Virus record (IMG/VR): IMGVR_UViG_3300023179_005186
Location: 248,001 to 312,000 of that record
Length of the DNA: 64,000 bases
Strand: one strand, 5' to 3'
Positions 10,898 to 21,486 of the stretch are shown one piece after another; position 1 is the stretch's first letter; every line of letters starts with the position of its first letter. A program made the position numbers and the translations under genes. The notes under the pieces were generated by a model. It ran no database searches, was not told the DNA's origin, and worked only from the letters and a program-made list of their open reading frames with translations.

Positions 10898-12235
10898 ATG
10901 GATGAAAATTTTTATAGAATTGTTTATGAATTAGATAAATCAGAAGATATAAATAAACATTGGTTATTTATAGGAAAAAAAAAAGGATATTTTAGAAATA
11001 TTAATGAGTTTAATGAAAAATTTAATAATTTTAAGTGTAATAAAACTGATAAAAATACTAAATTAAAGATAATAAAAAAATTTATAAATAATTATTCATA
11101 TAAATTAAAATATCAGCCATACTATGATAAAATATTTTTTGATTATATAAAAAGTATGGATTTAGAATCAATTTTAAAAAGTTATAATTTGAATTTAAAT
11201 AGTAAAATAATATATATTGATTATGATAGCGATAATCCAAAATTTAAAAATGCATTAAATGATATAAAGGATATTTTATTATCAATAAATACAATTTCAA
11301 GTGATTCATCAAAATCAATTACTATGTATTATGAAATAAAACAAATATTAGATAAAGATAATTTATCAGATTGTAAATACTTTATTAATTTAAAAGATAA
11401 TATTAATCAAAAATATTTAAAAAAATTTTATGAAAATAATATTCCTGTATTTTCTTTAGGAAAACCAAAATCTAATTTAAATAATTTTATAATATATTTT
11501 GATACATCAAATGAATTAGAAGAAATACTTAAAATTTATGAATTAGGAAAGACTTTTGATATAATAATTCCATGTTATAATACTGAATTATATATAAATA
11601 ATACAATAAAATCTATTTTTTCTCAAACATATAAAAATTTTTCATTATATCTAATAAATGATAATTCATCAGATAATACTTTAGAAATACTTAATGAATA
11701 TAAATTGCATCCAAAAGTTACAATAGTATCAAATCCTGAAAATATTGGTAAATATAATTCAATTAATATGATATCAAAATATTTGAAATCAGACTATTTT
11801 TTAATAGTAGATTCAGATGATTTTTTAGTTAAAAATAGACTTGTTTATGATTTAATAGGATTTTATAAAAATAATTCTTGTTTAATAAATCAAACAAAAT
11901 ATTACAGGTATAATGAATTAGATAATCGCTTAATATTAGAACCAAATTATGGTGAAAACATTGTAACTTTTAAAAATGAAATATTTGATTTAATTGGTAA
12001 ATTTTTTCCTACTAGATTTGGTGGTGACACTGAATATATTGAAAGAATATTAAAATTTTATGGAGAATCATATATAAATCAAATTGATAAAATTAGTTAT
12101 ATTTCAATAATTAGAAAAGATGAATCAAATTTAACTAAAAGTATATCAATTACTAATAGAATAAAATTTGTTAGAAAATATAAAAAATTACATGAGTTAA
12201 ATAATATTAATTTTTTTCTTAAATTAATTAAATAA
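10898..12235 (+). CDS. GT2 family glycosyltransferase with N-terminal extension
   Basis: IIIPCYNTE, INDNSSD, IVDSDD. Confidence 0.85.
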   Translation: MDENFYRIVYELDKSEDINKHWLFIGKKKGYFRNINEFNEKFNNFKCNKTDKNTKLKIIKKFINNYSYKLKYQPYYDKIFFDYIKSMDLESILKSYNLNLNSKIIYIDYDSDNPKFKNALNDIKDILLSINTISSDSSKSITMYYEIKQILDKDNLSDCKYFINLKDNINQKYLKKFYENNIPVFSLGKPKSNLNNFIIYFDTSNELEEILKIYELGKTFDIIIPCYNTELYINNTIKSIFSQTYKNFSLYLINDNSSDNTLEILNEYKLHPKVTIVSNPENIGKYNSINMISKYLKSDYFLIVDSDDFLVKNRLVYDLIGFYKNNSCLINQTKYYRYNELDNRLILEPNYGENIVTFKNEIFDLIGKFFPTRFGGDTEYIERILKFYGESYINQIDKISYISIIRKDESNLTKSISITNRIKFVRKYKKLHELNNINFFLKLIK

Positions 12236-12240
12236 TTTGT

Positions 12241-14907
12241 ATGGATAATTGTTTATTTACAAGCTTTTATAAAAATTGTTATAAAGATATTGAAAATTTA
12301 TCTGATAAAGAAGTTAAAAGACATTGGAATAAAATTGGTATTAAAGAAGGAAGATTACCTAATAAAATAATTTTTGATCAAAAATTTCCTAATTTTGATT
12401 ATAAATCATGGATAAAAATAAATAATAAATATAAATTTTCTAATAAATATGAAATATATGGTTGGGTATTTCTTAATAATAAAGAGATGTATAAAAAATA
12501 TCTTGTTTCAAATGGATATATTTTAAAAGAAAATTCATCTGATAATTTTAATAAAATAGAAAGTAATTTAGTTTCTAATGATATGTCTGAAATTAATAAG
12601 GATTTAAGTAATTTAATAATTACAAATAATATAAAAAAGATTTGGATATCAAATGCACTTAAACATTTTGAAGAAAGGATATTAAAAAAATATAATTTAG
12701 AACTTTATGATAAAATTAATGATATAAAATCTTCAACATTATTTTTTGGATTATATGATAAATATGATTTTGAAAGAATCGTGAAACATTATGGAAAGAA
12801 ATTTTTGATGTGGGGAGGAACAGATTGTGATGATAGATATAAAATAAGAAAAAATTCTATATTTGTTATTAAAAAAGTATCTAATTTAATACATATAGCA
12901 ATATCTGAATCAATTCACAATAGATTAAATAAATACTCTATTGAAAATCAACTTGTTAATTTTAATTTGGTTGATAAAAATTTATTTAAACCAGTAGATA
13001 ATACTGGAGATTGTATATACATATATAATGGCTTTACTAAGGGTAATGAATATATATATGGCGAGAGTATATATAAGCAAGTAGTTGAAAAACTTAAATT
13101 TGAAATTATATATAGTAATGAATTAAATGTATCTTGGGAAATTATGCCATCAATTTATTCAAAATGTTTTATTGGATTAAGATTAACAGAACAAGATGGA
13201 AATGCAAATACAGTTCAAGAATTTAATTCAATGAATATTCCAATTATTTTTAATGGGCCTGGTGGTATTAAATGGGAAAATACTGAAGATATAATTAAAA
13301 ATATTAAAAAAATTTATTATAATAAACATAAGAAAAATTTTGATATAACTGAAATAAATAACATTATGAATGAACCATTTAAATATGATTTTAGTTTAAC
13401 AAATCACTATAATACTAATTTAGAATTAGTATATAAAAATATTGATTCTTTTATAAATTTAATTAAAAATTTTACAAACATTCTTTTTATATGTTCAGAT
13501 CAACCAGGATATGGTGGAGCAGCAACAAATTGTTCAAAAATAGAAAATTTTATATCAAGTTATGGTCATAATTCTTTTAGTATATATTATTCATTTGATG
13601 AAAGTTTAAATGAATGTATTAATGAAAATAACATGATATTTACAACTAGATCTAAATTATATAATGAATTAAATAATTTATCATATCAGCCAGATTTAAT
13701 AATATTAAAAAGTTTTGTAGATTTTGATTTAAAAGAAATATTTATTTGTCCCGTATTTTATTTAATACCAGGTATATATACAAATGAATTAAATATTAAT
13801 TATAAAAATTTAAATACCAAAAATAAAAATGATGAATATATAAATGCTAGTGTATTAAAACAAATAAATTTAGCAGATTATTCTTTTTCAAATAGTTATC
13901 ATACTCATAAAATATTAAATGATATTTATAATATTAATACATTATTATTTTATTCAACATTTGTTTCTTTTTATAATAAAAAAATAAATATTGATGATGA
14001 ATTTGAAAATAGAAAATATAATTTTGCATTAATAATTTCAAATTTCAATAGAGAAATAAAAAATGCAGTAAAGTCATTAGAATATCTTGAAAATAAATTA
14101 AATGTATTATTAATTGGAGAAAATATACCTAATAAATATAAAAATTTTAGTAATTTTAAATGTATAGAAAAAGTTAAAAATGAAGAGATTATTAATTATT
14201 TATCAAATTGTAAATATATAATTCAAGATAGTTTTTATGAATCATGCAGTAATGTTATTATAGAAGCTTTATTTTCAGGATGTATACCAATTAGCTCACA
14301 TACTGAAAAATATAATGAATTGATAAAATATGGTACACCTAATAATTATAATTTATCGATTGATTATATAGAAAAAGTAAAAAATATTTATGATAAAGAT
14401 AAAATTAATTTTAAAAATACAATATTTTACTATATAGATATTATAGAAAATAATGATTTTATTGATGATAAAATGATTAAATATATTGAAAAATTAAATT
14501 CAAATATAATAATAATATATTCTCAAACAAAAATTTATATTGATCCTGAAATATTTAGTTCTAAAATAATATTAATATTAGAAGAATTTTTAAATAATAA
14601 TACATATAATTATTTAATAAAACAAATATTTTGTAATAAAGAATATGCTTTAGTTACTAATTATAAATTACCATATATTTTAAATAAATATATAGGATTA
14701 GAAAAATTTGTATATTTAGGTTTAGAAAATATACTAATAAAGAATTTTGAAAAAGTTATATATCAAAATTATATTTGTAAAGAATTTGATTCAAATATAC
14801 AAATATTATTTAAAACAGAAGAATTTTTTAACATAGATACTATTGATAAATATTTAGAATATATAATTAATAATAAATTATTAGATAAAATAATGTTGGT
14901 TAATTAA
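12241..14907 (+). CDS. Multidomain GT-B (GT4-like) glycosyltransferase
   Basis: PGYGGAATN; DSFYESCSNVIIEALFSGC (E-x7-E); an additional degenerate GT-B module (DGNANTVQE). Confidence 0.75.
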   Translation: MDNCLFTSFYKNCYKDIENLSDKEVKRHWNKIGIKEGRLPNKIIFDQKFPNFDYKSWIKINNKYKFSNKYEIYGWVFLNNKEMYKKYLVSNGYILKENSSDNFNKIESNLVSNDMSEINKDLSNLIITNNIKKIWISNALKHFEERILKKYNLELYDKINDIKSSTLFFGLYDKYDFERIVKHYGKKFLMWGGTDCDDRYKIRKNSIFVIKKVSNLIHIAISESIHNRLNKYSIENQLVNFNLVDKNLFKPVDNTGDCIYIYNGFTKGNEYIYGESIYKQVVEKLKFEIIYSNELNVSWEIMPSIYSKCFIGLRLTEQDGNANTVQEFNSMNIPIIFNGPGGIKWENTEDIIKNIKKIYYNKHKKNFDITEINNIMNEPFKYDFSLTNHYNTNLELVYKNIDSFINLIKNFTNILFICSDQPGYGGAATNCSKIENFISSYGHNSFSIYYSFDESLNECINENNMIFTTRSKLYNELNNLSYQPDLIILKSFVDFDLKEIFICPVFYLIPGIYTNELNINYKNLNTKNKNDEYINASVLKQINLADYSFSNSYHTHKILNDIYNINTLLFYSTFVSFYNKKINIDDEFENRKYNFALIISNFNREIKNAVKSLEYLENKLNVLLIGENIPNKYKNFSNFKCIEKVKNEEIINYLSNCKYIIQDSFYESCSNVIIEALFSGCIPISSHTEKYNELIKYGTPNNYNLSIDYIEKVKNIYDKDKINFKNTIFYYIDIIENNDFIDDKMIKYIEKLNSNIIIIYSQTKIYIDPEIFSSKIILILEEFLNNNTYNYLIKQIFCNKEYALVTNYKLPYILNKYIGLEKFVYLGLENILIKNFEKVIYQNYICKEFDSNIQILFKTEEFFNIDTIDKYLEYIINNKLLDKIMLVN

Positions 14908-15678
14908 TTATTGAATAATTTTATCAATTATATCATCTAATAAATTAATATTTTTATGATAATTTCTGATTATATGAAAATCAGAATATGTTAATATTTT
15001 ATCAAGAAATTCTTGTTTATTTTTTATTATATTTTCTAAAGACTTTGCACTTTTTCCATTTAATCTATTATATCCTATTAAATTATCTTCAAGAATAACA
15101 AGATATTCTGGATGTTTTGTTATATAATTATATAATAATTCTTGATCTGTATACCAACCAGGACAATTTTTTATACCAGTATATTCGTGATTATAATTAG
15201 TAATAAGAATATTATTAATATCATCTAAAGAATTTATTTTAAAAATATTTTTCCATATATTTGTATTTGCAAGATTGTAACAAATTGCTAGCATTTTTTG
15301 TTTTATATATCTATTAGTATAGGTGATAAACTTATTATCTGAAATATCGTTTATTGAATTAATAAAATAATTATGTGAAATAGGTATAATATCTACATCA
15401 GTAATTAATATATTTTTATCAGGGATTAAACAAGGATATAATATTCTAATTACCTGTGCAATATAACAAGTATTAATATTTGGAATTGGTTTAAATAAAA
15501 TAATAAAATCTTTGTACGGTTTTAAAATATCTGGAATTAAATTAATATTATCATCAAATATAAAAATCATATATAAATCTAAATTAAATCTTTTTTTCCA
15601 TACTTTAAATGCATATGGGAATAAATTATAATAATATGAATTATTATTACATGCAGTCAATACAAAATTAATTTTCAT
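14908..15678 (-). CDS. Putative GT-A fold glycan-modifying protein
   Basis: AQVIRILYP, ITDVDIIP (DxD), WYTDQ; lies within the GT island. Confidence 0.5.
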   Translation of the reverse strand: MKINFVLTACNNNSYYYNLFPYAFKVWKKRFNLDLYMIFIFDDNINLIPDILKPYKDFIILFKPIPNINTCYIAQVIRILYPCLIPDKNILITDVDIIPISHNYFINSINDISDNKFITYTNRYIKQKMLAICYNLANTNIWKNIFKINSLDDINNILITNYNHEYTGIKNCPGWYTDQELLYNYITKHPEYLVILEDNLIGYNRLNGKSAKSLENIIKNKQEFLDKILTYSDFHIIRNYHKNINLLDDIIDKIIQ

Positions 15679-15770
15679 ATTTTAAATTAAATTTATATTT
15701 TAAGTAATTTAAATAAACAATTTTATGAGGTTTAATAGAATAAAATTTTTATATATCATAATACAAGAAT

Positions 15771-18700
15771 ATGAATGTATTAATATTATCAACTCAATAT
15801 AATAGATATGGTGGAGCTGCAACATGTGCTTATGAAACACATAAATATTTAATAAATAGATCAATAAAATCGGCAATAATATTTTTTGATAATTATATTA
15901 TAAAAAATCCTGAAAAACTTAATATAGATAATTTACCAAATGTTTATTCTGCAGAATTATTAAATGATTATTTAGACGTTAATTTAAATATATCTTGTTA
16001 TAATGAACTTATTGATAATATAAATGATATATTATCTAATAATTTTATAATAATTGGATTTAATTATCTAGCTCCAGTAATAGGAAAAAAGTTATTTATT
16101 AATAAAACTTTATATTATATGATAACAGGCACATGTTATATTTCGGATAGAAATATAAGATGTGCTCAGGATTTAATTAATAATGAGTTTACAGAAGAAT
16201 ATAATATTAATGAAGAAAATGCAATAAAATATTCTGATTTTATAATACCAAATTCACATTTAATGAAAAACTTATTAACAAATATATATAATATACATAC
16301 AAATGAAATATATGATTTGCATGAAATTTATAATTATGAATTAAAAAAAGATATTACTAATTATTTAGAATTAGATTATATTAAAAAATGGGACATTATA
16401 TTTATTTGTTCTAATTTTACCAGAAAAGTAAAAAATATTGATTTGGTAAAAAAAATTTATGAATCAGAAGAATTAAAAGATTTGAAAAAAATAGTAATAG
16501 GTAAAAATTCAAAAGATTTTTTTAATGAATCTTTAAAAAATTTAACGATAATCGATTTTATTAACCAAGAAGAAATTTATAAATATTTAAAAAAATCAAA
16601 AATTGTAATAATACCTTCTTATATTGAAAGTTATAGTATCACAGGAATCGAAGCATGGGAAAATAGCTGTATTCCTTTAACATCTATTAATGTTGGATGT
16701 AATAAATTTATAAATAAATTTTATATAATTGATTCTTATGAACCATTAAAATGGATAGAAAAAATTAAAATTATTTCAAAAAATTATGTATATCATCAAA
16801 ACACATTTTATTTAAATTATAAAAAAGGTAATACTATTGATAAACTTATATTAAATAAAAAATCTAATAAAAAAAATGTATTATTTATTACTATAGACAC
16901 TCCAGGTATAGGTGGTGCAGCAACAAATACATATAATTTAATAAAAAATTTAGAAAATTATTTTAATATTTATTCAATATTTATAACTGATGATGATATA
17001 AATTTAATTGAAAATTTAGATAATTATTTTATTATAAAAAATAATTCAGATTTAATAGAAGAATTAATTAAAAAATATGAATATTTTAATTTAAATAGTA
17101 TAGAATTTCATGCAATATTTTGTAAAAATTATAAAGTTTTAATTAGTATAAAAAATATTTTTAAAAATACAAATATTATTTTTTCACCATCAGGTTTAAG
17201 ACATATTACTAATTTAGTTGAAAATAATTTTATAAATAATTTAGAAATTAAACCTATTTCAAATATAAATTATACTGATATATATTCTGTTACTAATTTT
17301 TTTACAACTAATGATATTTGTTTAGATTATTTAGCAATGATTTATAGTGATATAGTTATTGCTAATAGTATTTTAACAAATAATTTAATAAAAAAACTTT
17401 ATAAAAAATTTATGATAAATAAATTATTTAAACCAGTATATACAACTAATATAAATTATAAAAATATAGATCAAGAAAGTATTTCTTTAATTAAAAATTA
17501 TGATATATTATTTTGTTCATATTCCTGGTCAAGACTTTGTAAAAATGTAAATTTAGTTTATGATTTAATAAATAAATTAACTAATAAAAAAATAATTGTA
17601 ATTGGTAAAAGTTTTAAATTAGAATTAATAAAAAATAAATTAAATACAATAGAATATTATGAAAATTTATCCAATAATAATATGTTTGAAATTTATAAAA
17701 AATCTAAAATTTTAGTTATACCATCATTTTATGATTCAAATCCAAATGTATTGATAGAAGCAATATCTAATAATTGTGGTATTATTACATCAAATAATAT
17801 AGGAAATTCTGAAAATATTAATAAAGATAATTTAGTAGAAAATCCAACTGATATTAATGAATGGATTCAAAAAATAGAAAATTTATTAAAAAAAAATAAT
17901 TTTATTTATAACGGTCCAACATCAGAAGAAATAAAAAATAAATTAATAAATATTATAAATAACATAGAATATAAAAAATCGATAGTTTCAATTTATAAAA
18001 TAGATCCTGAATGGGATTCAGATAATGAAAAAAAAAAATTTGTATATTTTACATATGATATTAAAACTAATGAAAAATTTGTAAAAGATATTATTAATTA
18101 TGATATATATTTTGATATTACATATAAATTAGGTATAGAATTAGGATGTAATGATATAAATTATATAATAGTTGATACTGAAATCAATATTAACGAATGT
18201 TACTATGTATATAAAAATCTACCATATTTTGAAGATTATGTAAAGATATGGAAAATTAAATCAAAAAATGAATTATACTATTTTTCACAAGCAAATTATT
18301 ACTTTATTAGAGGAAATTATCATTATTTTTATTCAAATTTAATAGAATCAAGTTATTCTAAGGTAATATTTTATCCAGCAACATCCTTTAAACAATCAAT
18401 ATCAAAAATTAATTATGATATAACATATACAAATAATCCTTATAATGTTGTATTAATACATGAAGATCCAAAGTATAAAATTTTTTATAAAAAAAATGTA
18501 TGTTTAGAATTTAAAAAATTTGCACCTGATTCATTTATATATTTAGATTTAGAAAGAACATGGGATATTTGTTTTGTTGCAACTGAAAATCAATTAACTA
18601 AAAATCATCATTTATTTTTAAATTTTTTAGAGTATTTAGATAATAATTTTTATAATTTTAAAATAATATATATTGGCAATATTACAAAAATATCAAATGA

Positions 18701-19115
18701 TGAAAATTATTGTAATAAATTTAAAAATATTAAATTAGAATCAAAAATAAATGTGAGTAAAAAAAATTTAATAAAAATTTATAATCAATGTAGAATTAAC
18801 ATATTATTTTCAGGCAGAGATTCTTTTCCAAGGGTAATAACTGAATCATTAGCATGTGGATGTTTTAATATAGCATTAGATACTTTAAAAGATGGAATTT
18901 CTATATATAATGGATTTTTTGGTGAATTGGTTGGAGATTTATCTACTGATATAATAAATACTAATGGATCAAATTCATATATTGCATCAAAAAATTTATG
19001 GAAAAAAATAATTAAATTAATTAAAGAAGATTATCCACATTATAAAATATCCTGTGAATTTAAAAAATTATATAATATAAATAATTTTATTAATGAATTG
19101 AAGAATATTTTATAA
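15771..19115 (+). CDS. Triple GT-B (GT4-like) glycosyltransferase
   Basis: YGGAAT...PSYIESYSITGIEA; GIGGAATN...PSFYDSNPNVLIEA; SGRDSFPRVITESLACG. Confidence 0.8.
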   Translation: MNVLILSTQYNRYGGAATCAYETHKYLINRSIKSAIIFFDNYIIKNPEKLNIDNLPNVYSAELLNDYLDVNLNISCYNELIDNINDILSNNFIIIGFNYLAPVIGKKLFINKTLYYMITGTCYISDRNIRCAQDLINNEFTEEYNINEENAIKYSDFIIPNSHLMKNLLTNIYNIHTNEIYDLHEIYNYELKKDITNYLELDYIKKWDIIFICSNFTRKVKNIDLVKKIYESEELKDLKKIVIGKNSKDFFNESLKNLTIIDFINQEEIYKYLKKSKIVIIPSYIESYSITGIEAWENSCIPLTSINVGCNKFINKFYIIDSYEPLKWIEKIKIISKNYVYHQNTFYLNYKKGNTIDKLILNKKSNKKNVLFITIDTPGIGGAATNTYNLIKNLENYFNIYSIFITDDDINLIENLDNYFIIKNNSDLIEELIKKYEYFNLNSIEFHAIFCKNYKVLISIKNIFKNTNIIFSPSGLRHITNLVENNFINNLEIKPISNINYTDIYSVTNFFTTNDICLDYLAMIYSDIVIANSILTNNLIKKLYKKFMINKLFKPVYTTNINYKNIDQESISLIKNYDILFCSYSWSRLCKNVNLVYDLINKLTNKKIIVIGKSFKLELIKNKLNTIEYYENLSNNNMFEIYKKSKILVIPSFYDSNPNVLIEAISNNCGIITSNNIGNSENINKDNLVENPTDINEWIQKIENLLKKNNFIYNGPTSEEIKNKLINIINNIEYKKSIVSIYKIDPEWDSDNEKKKFVYFTYDIKTNEKFVKDIINYDIYFDITYKLGIELGCNDINYIIVDTEININECYYVYKNLPYFEDYVKIWKIKSKNELYYFSQANYYFIRGNYHYFYSNLIESSYSKVIFYPATSFKQSISKINYDITYTNNPYNVVLIHEDPKYKIFYKKNVCLEFKKFAPDSFIYLDLERTWDICFVATENQLTKNHHLFLNFLEYLDNNFYNFKIIYIGNITKISNDENYCNKFKNIKLESKINVSKKNLIKIYNQCRINILFSGRDSFPRVITESLACGCFNIALDTLKDGISIYNGFFGELVGDLSTDIINTNGSNSYIASKNLWKKIIKLIKEDYPHYKISCEFKKLYNINNFINELKNIL

Positions 19116-19119
19116 AAAA

Positions 19120-20403
19120 TTATACTTTGAATATTTCTTGAAGATCATTAATCATATTTTTTGCACGAATATCCCAATTTTCGTTTTGAATTGTTATTTT
19201 ACTAGCTTTTTTTCTATCAATAATAATTTGATCTAATTGTTTAATAGAATTAACATAATCATCAACATTTCCGATATTATTTATTAAAATACCATTATTT
19301 GCATTTGTAACTAGCCAAGAATTATTAACATTTGATTCTGATACTACTGGTAAACCTAACATACAGTATTCAAGTAATTTAGCATTTCCAGCTGTTGATT
19401 GAATATTATAAGGTCTTGAAGAAGAAAAATCAATACCAATATCAGCATACCAAAGATATCTATATATATCACTATGATTGAAAGGACAGTGGATAAAAAC
19501 ATTTTTAGATTCAGGAAATATTTTATTTTTAAGTATTTCTAAATGATTAGAATTGTTTGCGGAATATTTTTCAATTAGATTATTTTCATGATTATATATA
19601 CAAAAAGATCCAGGAAATATATGTAATTCATAATCATCACCTAATTTATTAATTATATCTTTAATTAAATAAATAATTTTACCAAAATCAGTTTTAATTC
19701 TCCCAATATAAATAATTTTTTTTCTTTTTTTATTTTTTAATTCTTCAATTTTATCAGGATTTTTTTCATAATATAATGGATATAATGCTAATCCAGCAAA
19801 AAGATTATTTTTATTTGTACAATATGAATAATCTTCAAGATATGGATTTACTAAATTATCATAATCAATAATTTTATTTGGAACAGCCATATTTGAAATA
19901 ATAAGTTTATTTTTATATACATTTTGTTTTAAAGCTAATTCATATAATTCTTTATTTTGAACACAAATAATATCAATATTATTATTAATCCATTTACAAA
20001 TAGAATTTTTAGATGCGTTTATTTTTTCAATATTAGATATATATTTTCTAAAATCTTTATTATTAATCCAAACAGAACTATCAGATTTAATTATAATCTT
20101 TGAATTTCTATTTTTATTAAAAAAAACTTTTTTGAGTTCTGTAAATTGTTCTAATATATCGTGTATAATCGCTTCTCTAATAATAATTATATAAGTATAT
20201 GAGTTAATTTTTTCTTCAGTTAGTTCTTTATAATTTAGATAATTTATACCATCTTCAAAATAATTTTCTGAATCAACAACATAATCTACTAAATAACCAT
20301 TATTTTTAATACCAATACCTAAATTTAATCCTTTATCTAAACTAAAATGTGTTATTTTTTTTGTTTTTATATCAACTATATCACTTATTATTAAAAAATT
20401 CAT
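19120..20403 (-). CDS. GT4-like glycosyltransferase
   Basis: IIYIGRI, KLLEYCMLGLPVV, ENWDIRAK. Confidence 0.7.
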   Translation of the reverse strand: MNFLIISDIVDIKTKKITHFSLDKGLNLGIGIKNNGYLVDYVVDSENYFEDGINYLNYKELTEEKINSYTYIIIIREAIIHDILEQFTELKKVFFNKNRNSKIIIKSDSSVWINNKDFRKYISNIEKINASKNSICKWINNNIDIICVQNKELYELALKQNVYKNKLIISNMAVPNKIIDYDNLVNPYLEDYSYCTNKNNLFAGLALYPLYYEKNPDKIEELKNKKRKKIIYIGRIKTDFGKIIYLIKDIINKLGDDYELHIFPGSFCIYNHENNLIEKYSANNSNHLEILKNKIFPESKNVFIHCPFNHSDIYRYLWYADIGIDFSSSRPYNIQSTAGNAKLLEYCMLGLPVVSESNVNNSWLVTNANNGILINNIGNVDDYVNSIKQLDQIIIDRKKASKITIQNENWDIRAKNMINDLQEIFKV

Positions 20404-20488
20404 TATTTTTATATATTATTAAAAAACAATATTTTTAATATTTTTAAACTTGGTTAAAGATAATTAAATTAATATTATTTATATTTAT

Positions 20489-21445
20489 ATGAAAATAGCA
20501 TATTATGAAGAAAATAATTATCATACAGAAATTTTAGGAACATTTTTAGAACCGTTTATTGAAAATAATAATGAAATAATTGTATTTAATGATTCTGATA
20601 AATCAGATTATATTAGTTATTTCCAAAAAATTATAAATTATGAAATAAAAAAAATTAATGAATTTATTAATTTATATAATTTATTTGATATAATTATAGT
20701 TGGAACTTCATCTACATGTTCTTTTTTAAATAATAAAAGTTTTGATTTATCTAATATTAAATCAAAAATATATTTGATTTCACATTTAACAGAAGATTTA
20801 GAAAAAGTAATAGAATTTAAAAATATTGTATTAACACCATTAAATAAAAATTTAAATAATTTTTATATTTTTCCAATAAATAGATTTTATACTAATATAA
20901 AAAAAGATAAAAATTTATGTATAACAATAGGTTTAGTTGGAAGATTTAAAGATACTAATCGCAGTATAATCGATTTAATTAATTTAATTACAAATTATTC
21001 TTATTTAAATTTTTGTATAAAAATATTTACTCGACACAAAAAATTTATTCCAAAAGAAATTAATATTTTACAATCAAAATATCCAAATAAAATTTTAATT
21101 TATTACAAAGTTTCTACTAATGACTTAATAAAACAATTAAATACAATTAATTATTTTTGTCCATTATCTTCTTCTAATTCATGGTATCTCAAAGATAGAT
21201 TATCAGGTATGATACCTTTTGCATATAATTTTAATACTCCATTATTATTAGATTATAAAACAAATGAAATATATAAACTAAAATCACCTATTATATATAA
21301 AATTTCTTTATGTGAAATTATTGAAAATATATGTGTAAAAAATGAAGCAGATTATAATAAATTAATTGAAGATTTAGTTCAAGAGAAAAGTGAAATTTTT
21401 TATTTGAATAATAATAAACTTAAAGAATTATTTGAATTGACATAA
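20489..21445 (+). CDS. Putative GT-B-like protein
   Basis: IGLVGR, RLSGMIPFAYNFNTPL; island context. Confidence 0.5.
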   Translation: MKIAYYEENNYHTEILGTFLEPFIENNNEIIVFNDSDKSDYISYFQKIINYEIKKINEFINLYNLFDIIIVGTSSTCSFLNNKSFDLSNIKSKIYLISHLTEDLEKVIEFKNIVLTPLNKNLNNFYIFPINRFYTNIKKDKNLCITIGLVGRFKDTNRSIIDLINLITNYSYLNFCIKIFTRHKKFIPKEINILQSKYPNKILIYYKVSTNDLIKQLNTINYFCPLSSSNSWYLKDRLSGMIPFAYNFNTPLLLDYKTNEIYKLKSPIIYKISLCEIIENICVKNEADYNKLIEDLVQEKSEIFYLNNNKLKELFELT

Positions 21446-21486
21446 ATTATGTTATTTTTATTTTTTTTTAATATATATTAATATTA

